Below, in pieces: positions 25,584 to 34,974 of a DNA stretch of 48,257 bases. The DNA is taken from NCBI GenBank assembly GCA_019456075.1, contig VRUN01000005.1:1-48257 (forward strand), read 5' to 3'. The position numbers were made by a program, and so were the translations under genes. Under the pieces are notes generated by a model. That model saw only the letters and a program-made list of their open reading frames with translations. It searched no databases and was not told the DNA's origin. The stretch's first letter is position 1, and the number at the start of each line of letters is the position of its first letter. Origin of the DNA: Candidatus Methylomirabilota bacterium (GTDB taxonomy: Bacteria > Methylomirabilota > Methylomirabilia > Methylomirabilales > CSP1-5).

Positions 25584-27094
25584 TACGTCTCGCCAGCGGG
25601 GCCAAGTTGTTGCCGCAGGATCTTCCCAGAGATGGTTCTGGGCAAGTACTCGCAAAACTCTACATCTCGAGGGACTTTAAAGGCGGCCAGGCGTTCCCGC
25701 ACAAAGCGCAGGAGCTCCCGCTTCGAGGCCGTCGCCCCAGCTCTCAAGACAATGTAGGCCTTGGGGACTTCTCCCCGGGTCACGTCTGGGAACCCGATGA
25801 CGGCCACTTCAGCCACCGCGGGATGGGCCGCCAATACCTCCTCGACCTCCCGAGGATACACGTTCATCCCCCCGACGATGATTAGGTCTTTCTTCCGGTC
25901 GACGATATAGAAATATCCATCCGTATCTTGGCGCCCGAGATCTCCGGAGTACAACCAGCCATCCCTCAAGACTTGCGCGGTCGCTTCAGGCCGATTGAGG
26001 TAGCCCTGCATAATATTGGGCCCTTTCGCCACGATCTCTCCAACCTCCCCCGGTGGCACGTCCTTTCCGCCTGCATCCACCACTCGGAGTTCCACCATCG
26101 GAAGAGGCTTCCCCACTGAACCCACTTTCCTGAGACCCAAGGGAGGATTTTCGGTCAGAACCGGGGAGGCCTCGGTGAGGCCGTAGCCTTCGTAGATTGG
26201 GATCCCGTACCGCGCTTCAAACCGATGAAGGACTTCCACAGGCAGGGGTGCCCCCCCGGAAATCCCAAACCGGATCGGGGACAGGTCGAGCTCAATGGGG
26301 GGAAGTTGCGTCCAGACGGCGTACATGGAGGGGACAGCAGCTAAAATCGTCACGTGCCTTTCCACCATGACCCGAAGAGCCTGTTCGGGAACGAATCGGG
26401 GCTCTAAGACGATTCCAGCCCCGATACTCATGGGGAAGAGCATGAGAACAGTAGCGGCGAAGGAGTGAAATAGGGGAAGAACGCAGAAGAAGAGATCTCG
26501 CTCATCACACGGGGCGATCTGGCGAAATGATTCGGTGTTACTTAGGAGATTCCTGTGGGTGAGCAGGGCTCCCTTTGGTTGCCCTGTCGTTCCCGAGGTG
26601 TATAGACACACGGCCGTCTCCTCTAGACTCACGTCTGCCAGTTGGTGTGCCGGTCCGCGGCCGTGTCTCGCACTCAGGACTTCAGATTCCAGCGCTCCGG
26701 GCGCTCCATCCAAGGGAATCGCATGCACGGCGCGGCCGAGCCGATCCGCGGCCGCGTGAAGGCCCGGCATGAACAGCTGGCTGGTCAGGACCCGCTGAAT
26801 CGATGCATCTTCGAGGAGGTAGCGGACCTCCTCGGGTTTATACATAGTGTTGAACGGAACTACCGTCCCCCCAGCCGCGAGGATACCGAAGTACGCCTGC
26901 ACGAAGGCCGGGACATTGGGCAACATCACACCAACCCTCTCTCCCGATTCAACCCCCAGATGGCGTAACGCCATGCCCAATCGGACAACGGACTCCCAGA
27001 GCTCACTGTACGTCGTCGTTCGATCGCCGGCGAGCAGGACAGTCTTATCGCCAAACTTTTCTGTGGAGCGTTGCAGGAGGCGCAGGAGGGTCAC
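25583..27094 (-). CDS. fadD: long-chain fatty-acid--CoA ligase (AMP-dependent synthetase/ligase)
   Basis: AMP-binding signature LYTSGTTGQPKGALLTH, YGLTE and GWLYSGDLG...DRKKDLII..G.NVYP. GTG start at 27094 with GAGG upstream. Confidence 0.85.
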   Translation of the reverse strand: MTLLRLLQRSTEKFGDKTVLLAGDRTTTYSELWESVVRLGMALRHLGVESGERVGVMLPNVPAFVQAYFGILAAGGTVVPFNTMYKPEEVRYLLEDASIQRVLTSQLFMPGLHAAADRLGRAVHAIPLDGAPGALESEVLSARHGRGPAHQLADVSLEETAVCLYTSGTTGQPKGALLTHRNLLSNTESFRQIAPCDERDLFFCVLPLFHSFAATVLMLFPMSIGAGIVLEPRFVPEQALRVMVERHVTILAAVPSMYAVWTQLPPIELDLSPIRFGISGGAPLPVEVLHRFEARYGIPIYEGYGLTEASPVLTENPPLGLRKVGSVGKPLPMVELRVVDAGGKDVPPGEVGEIVAKGPNIMQGYLNRPEATAQVLRDGWLYSGDLGRQDTDGYFYIVDRKKDLIIVGGMNVYPREVEEVLAAHPAVAEVAVIGFPDVTRGEVPKAYIVLRAGATASKRELLRFVRERLAAFKVPRDVEFCEYLPRTISGKILRQQLGPAGET

Positions 27095-27214
27095 GTCGTT
27101 CGACCTCGACGGAGGGTTGGCTCCGGATCACAGTAGAATGCTCACACCCAGTCAATCAAGCGGCCCGGAGAGGGAATTGTTGCGGCACAGACGCCTATTC
27201 GAGACGAAGGACCG

Positions 27215-28339
27215 CTACGACGGAAGCGTGCTGGAAGCGTCCATCGCTCCGGGCAGGCCAGGCTGTTCGCCCAGACCCTCAACCGTATCCAGCTTAGCCT
27301 CGACCCGGTTCAGCGCAGCGGCGGCATCCTCGTACTTGCTCCGGGCGTTCGTCAGGTGCTTGCCGAGGACGTCAAAGCCCTCGCGGAACTTTTCCAGATC
27401 TCCACGAAGATGGATGAGGCGCGCCTGAATCTCCCGGGCATCGCGCTCGATCTGGAACCCGCGAAGCCCCAGCACGATCACTCGCAGGTAGGCGTACAAG
27501 CTGTTGGGCGAAACAGGAATTACACGACGACCGACGGCGTAGTCCGCTGCGGACTCGTCCTCGGTGGCCTCGTCCTTCACGATGATCTCATAATAGACGT
27601 TTTCGGCGGGGATGTACATGAGAGCAAAGTCGAAGGTCCCCTCGTCGGGCAGGATGTATTTTTTGGCGATCTCATCCACTCTGGCCTTCACATCACGTCC
27701 AAAGGCCCGCCGTATCTGTCGGCGTTTTTCCTCCTCAGGTTCCTCGAGCAATCGACGGAAGTTCTCTAAGGGAAATTTGGCGTCCACCGGGGCTAGGCGT
27801 TCCCCAATCTTAACAACTGCATCCACACGGTCGCCAGTCGAGAAAGTGTATTGGAGCGCATAGTGTTCGCGTGGCAGCATCTGCGCCAAGAGATTTTCGA
27901 GAAAGATCTCCCCCAAGCCTCCCCGGATTTTGGGTGACTTGAGAATTTGCTCAAGCCCGGCGATGTCCTTGGCGACGTCGAACACCCGCTGCGTCACCTC
28001 GCCCAGCGTCCCGAGGCTGCCCTGCACCGTACCCACCACCTGCGTGACGTGGCGAAGCTGTTCTTGCACCCCACTCCCCATGGTGCCCATCTGGCCGGCC
28101 ATCTCCGTTCTAAACTGGTGCAGCTCCTGCCTGAGCGACCCCAGGGTCTCGGCCTGAATCTGTCGTACCTCCCCGCGGGATGCTTGGATCTCGCCCTGGA
28201 GCAGGAGCAGTGCGTGGTCCGGCTGCCCCTTGCCGGCCTCAAGCTCCTTGAGACGGCCGGCCATTCGCCCTAGCGCCCATGCCATGAGGGCCAAGACCGC
28301 CGCAAGCACGACGAGCACTACGAGAGTCCAAGTGGGCAC
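27215..28339 (-). CDS. rmuC: DNA recombination protein RmuC
   Basis: N-terminal TM, long coiled coil and a RmuC nuclease-like C-terminus (DAVVKIGERLAPVDAKFPLE, FALMYIPAENVYYE, VIPVSPNSLYAYL). GTG start with a GGAGGG SD. Confidence 0.85.
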   Translation of the reverse strand: MPTWTLVVLVVLAAVLALMAWALGRMAGRLKELEAGKGQPDHALLLLQGEIQASRGEVRQIQAETLGSLRQELHQFRTEMAGQMGTMGSGVQEQLRHVTQVVGTVQGSLGTLGEVTQRVFDVAKDIAGLEQILKSPKIRGGLGEIFLENLLAQMLPREHYALQYTFSTGDRVDAVVKIGERLAPVDAKFPLENFRRLLEEPEEEKRRQIRRAFGRDVKARVDEIAKKYILPDEGTFDFALMYIPAENVYYEIIVKDEATEDESAADYAVGRRVIPVSPNSLYAYLRVIVLGLRGFQIERDAREIQARLIHLRGDLEKFREGFDVLGKHLTNARSKYEDAAAALNRVEAKLDTVEGLGEQPGLPGAMDASSTLPS

Positions 28340-28349
28340 ATCGCCCTCC

Positions 28350-29219
28350 TCAGTTCAGATAGTCACGCAGATGCCGGGTCTTTGCCATAGCAAGGAGCCT
28401 CTTTCTTGCCTTTTCCTCAACCTGGCGGATCCGCTCCCGGGAAAGCCTGAATCGCTTACCGACCTCCTCAAGCGTCATGGGTTCCTCTCCTCGGAGACCA
28501 TACCGCAACTCGATGATGGCGCGCTCCCGGGGCGTCAGCTCCTCGAGCAAGCGCTCGATCTCTTCTTCAAAGGATTTGCGAACCAGCTCATCGTCGGCGA
28601 GAGGAACGGGTCCCATTCCGGGGCGGATGAGGCCCCGCTCTTCTTCCCGCCCCTGGATCTCCTCCAGAGACGCCTGAGGTAGATTGGTTTGCAGCAACTC
28701 CTCGACCTCGGTGAGAGTCAGGTTCAACTCCCTGGCCAGTTCCTCTTCCGTTGGCTCCTCGCCCTCTTGATACAATTTCTTTGCCCGGAGGCTCCGCAGT
28801 TTACTGGCCAAGCGGATCTTCCGAACCGGAAAGCGTAAGGCCCCGCTCGCCCGGGCCAGGGCTTGCATGATCGATTGACGAATCCACCAAACGGCGTACG
28901 TGATAAATTTGACATTGTATTCGGGGGAAAAGCGGCGGGCGGCTTCGAGGAGCCCCAGATTCCCCTCGTTGATTAGGTCCAACACGGAGAGACCATACCC
29001 TTGGTATTGCAAAGCGACCTTCACCGCAAATCGCAGGTTGGCCTCGACGAGTTTTTTCCGGGCCCTTTCGTCCCGCTTTTGAATCCGCCTGGCGAGGCGC
29101 AGTTCTTCAGCCTTATCGAGGAGCGGGATATTGACGATCCTCCGCAGGTAGGCAGAGAATGCCTCGTCGCTGATTTCCTCGTAAAACTGGGGTGTCCTTC
29201 GTGCCATAGACGTCGGCAC
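28350..29219 (-). CDS. RNA polymerase sigma factor, sigma-70 family (group 2/3, RpoS/RpoD-like, no region 1.1)
   Basis: Region 2 (LVEANLRFAVKVALQY...DLINEGNLGLLEAARRF...FITYAVWWIRQSI), region 3, and region 4.2 HTH (MTLEEVGKRFRLSRERIRQVEEKA). Confidence 0.85.
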   Translation of the reverse strand: MPTSMARRTPQFYEEISDEAFSAYLRRIVNIPLLDKAEELRLARRIQKRDERARKKLVEANLRFAVKVALQYQGYGLSVLDLINEGNLGLLEAARRFSPEYNVKFITYAVWWIRQSIMQALARASGALRFPVRKIRLASKLRSLRAKKLYQEGEEPTEEELARELNLTLTEVEELLQTNLPQASLEEIQGREEERGLIRPGMGPVPLADDELVRKSFEEEIERLLEELTPRERAIIELRYGLRGEEPMTLEEVGKRFRLSRERIRQVEEKARKRLLAMAKTRHLRDYLN

Positions 29220-29233
29220 CTATCATGGAGGGA

Positions 29234-30667
29234 TTAACCCTTTGCCGGAGGCACGACGATAAAGCGGGTGCTCTTCCCACGCTGAACCAACAGCAACAGA
29301 TCCGTCTCAGGGCGCGATGCTCGGAGAACTTCCAACAGATCCCCACGGCCCGCGACCGGCTGGCGGTTGACCTCTAGGATCACGTCCCCTCGCCGCAGCC
29401 CGCGGCGAAAAGCGGGCCCCCCTGGATCCACCGAGGAAACCAACACCCCACCCTCCTCGACCTGGAGTTTTTCCCGCAGGTCAGGTGTGAGGTCCTGAAC
29501 GGCAAAACCATACCGTTCTGGGGACTGTGGGCTAACGGCCACGGCCTCTTCGGTCGGCATCTGCCCGACGGCCACGCTAAGCGCAAGTTGCCTACCCTCC
29601 CGCCTGACGTTCACGGCGACTTCCTTCCCCGGTCTCACTTTAGCGACGAGGCGCTGAAGGTGACGGACGTCGGTGACTGGCTTCCCCGCAAACGCTTCCA
29701 CCACATCCCCGCTTTTCAGTCCCGCCTTCTCTGCGGGGCCCCCCTCAACTACATTGGCGATCAAGACACCCCCTCCTGGTTTGACTCCGAACTGCCGGGC
29801 CAGCTCCGGGGTCAGGGGTTGAATGACCACCCCGAGCCACCCTCGGGTGACCCGACCCTCCTTGATCAGCTGACCCATGATGTCTTTGGCCAAGTTAACC
29901 GGAATGGCAAAACCGATCCCCTGCCCGGTGGCCACAATGGCCGTGTTAATGCCAATGACTTCTGCATCAATGTTCAACAGGGGACCGCCACTATTACCCG
30001 GATTGATAGAGGCATCCGTCTGGATGAAGTCCTCGTAGGCAGTGATACCCACGCCAGCGCGGCCCGTCGCGCTGACGACACCGACCGTCACTGTGTGGCT
30101 CAGCCCGAAGGGGTTCCCGATGGCAATGACAAAGTCGCCGGTCCGCATCTTGTCGGAGTCCCCCAGGGGTGCGGGCCGAAGGTTGGTGGCCTCCTCGATC
30201 CGGATGACAGCAAGATCCGTTTTGGGGTCGGTCCCGACCACCTTGGCTTGAAACGTTCGCTCGTCCACCAGCGTCACCTGGATCTCATCCGCCTGCCCCA
30301 CCACATGATTATTGGTGAGGATGTAGCCCTTGGCGTCCACGATGACGCCGGATCCTAAACTCTGACGCTCAAATTCCTCTGGCAGCTTTAAAAATCGCTC
30401 GAAGAATTCCTCCAGCGGGCCGCGGAAGAAGGGTTCAACTTGCTGGCGACGGATCCGTACCTTCTGGGTCGTGCTGATATTCACCACTGAGGGCTTCAGC
30501 CGTTCCGCCACGTCCACGAACACCTGCTGCATGCGCTTCACCAGGGCCCTGGACCGCTCCTCTGCGTCGACAGGCGAGGCGACAAGGAGCACAAGAAGTA
30601 GGATCAGGGAAACCCCAATGATCTCCTGTGCCCCCCCCCGAAAACGACTTGCGCGCCACTGTCCCAT
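29234..30667 (-). CDS. degP: periplasmic serine endoprotease DegP/DegQ (HtrA family, two PDZ domains)
   Basis: Signal peptide, trypsin-like domain (ILTNNHVV...DLAVIRI...GNSGGPLLN) and two PDZ domains. Confidence 0.92.
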   Translation of the reverse strand: MGQWRASRFRGGAQEIIGVSLILLLVLLVASPVDAEERSRALVKRMQQVFVDVAERLKPSVVNISTTQKVRIRRQQVEPFFRGPLEEFFERFLKLPEEFERQSLGSGVIVDAKGYILTNNHVVGQADEIQVTLVDERTFQAKVVGTDPKTDLAVIRIEEATNLRPAPLGDSDKMRTGDFVIAIGNPFGLSHTVTVGVVSATGRAGVGITAYEDFIQTDASINPGNSGGPLLNIDAEVIGINTAIVATGQGIGFAIPVNLAKDIMGQLIKEGRVTRGWLGVVIQPLTPELARQFGVKPGGGVLIANVVEGGPAEKAGLKSGDVVEAFAGKPVTDVRHLQRLVAKVRPGKEVAVNVRREGRQLALSVAVGQMPTEEAVAVSPQSPERYGFAVQDLTPDLREKLQVEEGGVLVSSVDPGGPAFRRGLRRGDVILEVNRQPVAGRGDLLEVLRASRPETDLLLLVQRGKSTRFIVVPPAKG

Positions 30668-30728
30668 GGGTCACCAATCTGCTGTGAACCTGGTGAAACT
30701 TTTTTACGCTAGCATAGCGGATTCAGAC

Positions 30729-30734
30729 TGTCAA
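30729..30734 (-). promoter_or_regulatory. TTGACAGTC -35-like element upstream of degP
   Basis: Minus strand reads CATTGACAGTCTGAATCCGCTATGCTAGCGT in the 75-nt spacer before degP. This is the third occurrence of TTGACAGTC in an intergenic spacer. Confidence 0.3.
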
Positions 30735-30742
30735 TGAGAGCA

Positions 30743-31882
30743 CTACGAGGGAGCGATGTGGAGGTCGTCAGCGGTTCCGATCCGGCCGTCCGGGCCCCGG
30801 CTCGTCAACCGGTAAGTCGATTGCCGTTGCTCATAGACCCAGGGCCTCCCCCAAGGGTCTTGAAGCTGCCCGGTAAAAAGTCCCTCGGCCTGGAGTGTTG
30901 TGAGGTTATCCGGATATCGCCCACGGAGCAGGAGGTACATGTCCAATGCCCGAGGAAGCTCTCGTTCGACAACGCCGAGTCTCTGGCCCTGGATTGTGGC
31001 CTGCGCAGGAAGCCCATAGGAAGGTAGAAGGTAGAGAGGGTCATGTCCAATGGACAACTGAAAATGGAGAGAGACGATCGTGATCGCCACGACCGCGACC
31101 GAGAACAACCAGCCGGGGACCCTCCTGGGCGGCCGCACGGGCCGAATCGCCGCGTGTGGGCTCTCGGTCTCGGCCCGCTGCTCGAGCTGTAAGACTCCTG
31201 CCCCGAGCAGGTCGGCGATGCCCTTATAGGCATCGAACTCCCCGAAGTCGCATATTTCGGCGGTCTCGCGGGCAGTCCGCTTGCCGTCCACCAGTTCAAG
31301 GATGGCGAGCCCCTCAGAAGAGACCTTTTCGTGATAGACCGGCCGACTGGTTCGCCGAACGACCAGATCGAGCGATAGAATCCGCTTCTCAATCAGCGGC
31401 CATTCATCCATCTGACGGACGGCTTCCAGAAGAATAGTTTCCGTCCCGACAGGCGAGATCTGGCCTCGGCTCAAATCCACATGCTCCTGGGCAACAAAGG
31501 TGTATCTTCCCTCCCGCCACCGAAGGGCACCGTAGACCGCCTCGAGCACCTGGCGCTGTATCACTCGGTCGAGATCGCGAGGCGAAACCCATTGCCCCTC
31601 CAAAAGAGATGGGATCAAGCGTTGTCCCCTTCGTGCTCGGATGTTCCTCGCTTCCTCCCAGCGCGCCCGGCTGATCAGTTCCCGAGCAATCAGAATCTTG
31701 CCCAAGTTCGCGTCGAAACTCTCGTCCCCGGGGGTCGCCCAGACGACCATCCCATCCTGCACCATTACGGTGATCGTCTCCTCCCTCCGCGTCAGGGTGA
31801 GGCTCCCGGTCTTTCGCTGCATTCCGATCAGCTGTAGGATATCGACCAGGGCAAAATCTTGAAGTGTTCCTTCTAGCGCCAT
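30743..31882 (-). CDS. DUF4388-domain protein with single TM and C-terminal type II secretion GspG-like globular domain
   Basis: N-terminus GTLQDFALVDILQLIGMQRKTGSLTL (DUF4388 hallmark). TM segment WLFSVAVVAITIVSLHF. C-terminus LDMYLLLRGRYPDNLTTL...LQDPWGRPWVYEQ...YRLTSRGPDGRIGTADD (the GspG C-terminal pattern DPWG..Y.Y......S.G.DG..GT.DD). Confidence 0.7.
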   Translation of the reverse strand: MALEGTLQDFALVDILQLIGMQRKTGSLTLTRREETITVMVQDGMVVWATPGDESFDANLGKILIARELISRARWEEARNIRARRGQRLIPSLLEGQWVSPRDLDRVIQRQVLEAVYGALRWREGRYTFVAQEHVDLSRGQISPVGTETILLEAVRQMDEWPLIEKRILSLDLVVRRTSRPVYHEKVSSEGLAILELVDGKRTARETAEICDFGEFDAYKGIADLLGAGVLQLEQRAETESPHAAIRPVRPPRRVPGWLFSVAVVAITIVSLHFQLSIGHDPLYLLPSYGLPAQATIQGQRLGVVERELPRALDMYLLLRGRYPDNLTTLQAEGLFTGQLQDPWGRPWVYEQRQSTYRLTSRGPDGRIGTADDLHIAPS

Positions 31883-34131
31883 CGCGCCTCCTTAGCGCGC
31901 CGTCGGCGCCTCCCTGTGGTGGTCAAGGCAGTCAGCATGTAGAGGCAGACGAGCACGAGGATGCTCACAGAGACGTGGTAAGGTAGGGGCGCTCCTGGGA
32001 GATACGTGGCTGGGGCGAGGTGCGCTCCCAGGAGGGGGGAGATAACGAAGAGCGTAACCGTCAGGAGCAGAAAACCCCAGAGGATTCTTCCTCGGTAGAT
32101 CCCTTCAATCCCCGGAATGAGTGCAAGAGCCACCCCGAGCCATCGCGACTCTCGCTGGACCTCTTCAACGGGAACGCTCTTGACGGTAGGAGGGGCCTCC
32201 CCCGATCGCACCCTCTCAATGATCGCACAGCGGGTGCAGAGCCGGATCTCGCCCAGGAGCCGCTGACAACGAGGGCAAAAGGCTCTTCCGCATTCTTGGC
32301 ACGCCCGGGCAAATCTCCGCCGCTTCCGAAACCAGAAGATCCCCCCAAAAGCAATGAAGTATCCTCCGACCATCCAACGAAGTTGGGCGAGAGAGACGCC
32401 CAAAAATCTTCCGCCCCAGATGATCTCAGCCATCTCCGGAGAAGAAGAATCGAGGAAAGGGATCCGGTGCCAAAGCCCTGTGACCGGAAACGGCGCATCG
32501 ACGATAACCCGTTTTCTCCCGTCGGCTACGGCCTGTTTCATGCGGGCCTCCAGGGTCGGCATCTCACGGATAGCCTGGGCATATTCTTCTTGTGCCGGCT
32601 CTAAAAGGAGGCGTTCCGTCAGGAGCTGGCTCAGGTTGAAGCGCGGATAGGCCAGGTCAGGACTCAAAGCAATGGCCTTTTCGTAGGCCGACTGCGCTTC
32701 AGCCAAGTTGCCCGCCAGGAGGGCCAAGTTGCCTCGGTTGGTCCAGACCGCCGCTTCCGGCGATCCACTTGTTTGGACTTGGGAGTATGCCTTGATCCCC
32801 TTCTGAAGCTCGCCCCGGGAGCGAAGCACTTGTCCGAGGTAAAAGCGCGGAAGGGGATCGTGAGGAGCCTCGTTCGTCCACCGACGGAGCGCCGCTTCTG
32901 TCTCTTGTCCGCGACTGCCCTCCTCTACCCGCAACAACGCTACGAATCGAGGGGAGGTCGTGGTCGTAATCATCGTTGCAAGAAGACGATATCCTGACGG
33001 AAGCAGCAGGAGAGAAAGCACCAGACCCCCCCAGAGCAGGCGCTCTCGACCCTTCAAGTAGATCCCCAGGAGCAACAGCAAAAGCAACAGCGACGGGAGG
33101 AGTCCTAAACCGAGAAGGACGGGCAGCAGGTAGATAGGGATGGGGAGGAAGGCTTGAGCGGTAGGAGACAGTCTTTGCCGCTTTCTTTCTGCGAGGTCAT
33201 GTCCGAACAGGTGGGTCACCCGCACGATGAGCAGGAGTCCCACCAGCAGAAGAATCAAGGGAATAGCGAACAGAAAGGAAGCGAGGATATTGGCCCAATG
33301 GCTCAGCCCATAGGTGGGCGACGTCAGACTGATCCACCAGCCCTTCACCAAGGGGACGAGCCCTCGGGGCGAGCCGCGGCCTAGAAGGATCCGGGCCTGG
33401 GCGAAGAACACCTCAGGGAGAGCGGGGTCAAACTCCGCCGCTAGGGCTAACGCCTTTTCCGCCTCCTGAAAATTTTGGCGTGCGGCGAGAGTTTTGGCCG
33501 ATTGAGCTAGATACCACCCCAAATAGGTGATGCGATCTAGTCCCAACCGGTCTCGAATTTCCCGAATCCTCCGGAGCTCGCGATCCGCCGCCGCCTCCTG
33601 GCCCAGGTCGAGAAAGGCTTTGTATAACAACCATCGGACCGCTACGCGGTCCCCCGCCAGGCTCGACGCCTTGGCTGCCTGCCCTTTTACTGGTCCACTC
33701 TTTGTGAGGGTGAACAGGGCTCCCCGGGCGAGGGGGAGAAAGGGATTCGACGCTTCCTCCCGGCTGACCGCCTCCAAAGCCGCCCCCAGCTTCTCGACAT
33801 TCTGGACCCGGGGCGGCCTGCCCTCTTGAATAAATTGCTCGAGGGCCGGAAGCGTCCCAAAAACGCGATGCCAGAGAGCTACCGCATCTCGGATTTCGTT
33901 GAAGCCCACAGCCTCTCCTCGGCCCGGGATCACCACGAGGAGAAAGAGCAGCACCCCGATTCTCCTGAAATTCCGCACGAGTCTCCCCACCGCTGGGTAG
34001 CCTGAAATACGCCTGGTTACGCAAAGTTGCACGAACCATGCCAGGCCGGCAAAGGCGCTCACCGCAGCGGCCCCTGTGCTGTGATGCGCCTCCGCTACAG
34101 CAGCGCCGGGTCCTCGTGCGATTGCGCACAC
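31873..34131 (-). CDS. polytopic membrane protein with TPR repeats and a Cys-rich zinc-ribbon-like segment
   Basis: 752-aa ORF (GTG at 34131; true start uncertain). It has several hydrophobic segments, TPR-like repeats (NRGNLALLAGNLAEAQSAYEKAIALSPDLAYPRFNLSQLL) and CQECGRAFCPRCQRLLGEIRLCTRC. 10-nt overlap with the downstream DUF4388 gene. Confidence 0.6.
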   Translation of the reverse strand: MCAIARGPGAAVAEAHHSTGAAAVSAFAGLAWFVQLCVTRRISGYPAVGRLVRNFRRIGVLLFLLVVIPGRGEAVGFNEIRDAVALWHRVFGTLPALEQFIQEGRPPRVQNVEKLGAALEAVSREEASNPFLPLARGALFTLTKSGPVKGQAAKASSLAGDRVAVRWLLYKAFLDLGQEAAADRELRRIREIRDRLGLDRITYLGWYLAQSAKTLAARQNFQEAEKALALAAEFDPALPEVFFAQARILLGRGSPRGLVPLVKGWWISLTSPTYGLSHWANILASFLFAIPLILLLVGLLLIVRVTHLFGHDLAERKRQRLSPTAQAFLPIPIYLLPVLLGLGLLPSLLLLLLLLGIYLKGRERLLWGGLVLSLLLLPSGYRLLATMITTTTSPRFVALLRVEEGSRGQETEAALRRWTNEAPHDPLPRFYLGQVLRSRGELQKGIKAYSQVQTSGSPEAAVWTNRGNLALLAGNLAEAQSAYEKAIALSPDLAYPRFNLSQLLTERLLLEPAQEEYAQAIREMPTLEARMKQAVADGRKRVIVDAPFPVTGLWHRIPFLDSSSPEMAEIIWGGRFLGVSLAQLRWMVGGYFIAFGGIFWFRKRRRFARACQECGRAFCPRCQRLLGEIRLCTRCAIIERVRSGEAPPTVKSVPVEEVQRESRWLGVALALIPGIEGIYRGRILWGFLLLTVTLFVISPLLGAHLAPATYLPGAPLPYHVSVSILVLVCLYMLTALTTTGRRRRRAKEARWR

Positions 34132-34173
34132 GGCTCGCGTGTCTGTTGATCGGCATACTTAGGCTGACTGTGG

Positions 34174-34974
34174 TCACCTCTGCCTTTTCCCTCCTTCCAC
34201 GCGAACCGCTGCCCCCCGTTCGGCCTTCAGGGCGCGTGCCGCACTGCTGTGATTGGAGAAGATTTCGAGATACCCGGCACTCCCAAGGATGGCCCCCATC
34301 TCCCCTGTCTGGAGACTGTCATAGCTCTCCGCCAGGGCATGGATCCTTCTCCCTTTGATCGAGATCTTGATCCCCTTCTCCGGGCGAAGAGCTGAGATCT
34401 CACGCGCATGGATATTGGTAATGAGATTCCCGAATCGGTCCACATGAAGGACGGAGCCCTCGATAATTGATTCGCCCTTTTTCCGCGACGCGGGCAAGGC
34501 CAGGCTCGTACAAGTCTTCGTGCGTCTCCCGAACCGCTCAATCCCGCCCCCACGCGATAGATGTGCTGCCACCGGAGCGAACATATCGCGCCCATGAAAG
34601 GTCTGGCTCACCGGACGGAGGAAGTACGTGTCCGCGGTGAGTTCTACGACCCGTCGGATCTCACCGGAGGCAAAGAGATAGCTCAACACGCCGTTGTCTG
34701 GGGCAATGTAGTACCCGTGGGCTCCCTTGGCCAAGAGGGGCCTGCGCCCTCCCCCGACGCCAGGATCGACGACCACCACGTGAATAGTATTCTTGGGAAA
34801 GTACCGGTACGAACAATGGAGGAGAAAGCCAGCCTCAAGAATATCCTGCGGGCTAACTCCGTGGCAGAGATCGACGATGTGTACACGGGGGTTGATCCCG
34901 AGGATGACCCCTTTCATGATCCCCACAAATGGATCGGCACTCCCAAAATCGGTCAGCAGCGTGATGATCCTCAA
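34174..34974 (-). CDS. SAM hydrolase / SAM hydroxide adenosyltransferase family protein (DUF62; fluorinase/chlorinase superfamily)
   Basis: MRIITLLTDFGSADPFVGIMKGVI, VVVDPGVGGGRRP, YIAPDNGVLS, TFHGRDMFAPVAAHL and VDRFGNLITNI. Confidence 0.85.
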   Translation of the reverse strand: MRIITLLTDFGSADPFVGIMKGVILGINPRVHIVDLCHGVSPQDILEAGFLLHCSYRYFPKNTIHVVVVDPGVGGGRRPLLAKGAHGYYIAPDNGVLSYLFASGEIRRVVELTADTYFLRPVSQTFHGRDMFAPVAAHLSRGGGIERFGRRTKTCTSLALPASRKKGESIIEGSVLHVDRFGNLITNIHAREISALRPEKGIKISIKGRRIHALAESYDSLQTGEMGAILGSAGYLEIFSNHSSAARALKAERGAAVRVEGGKRQR

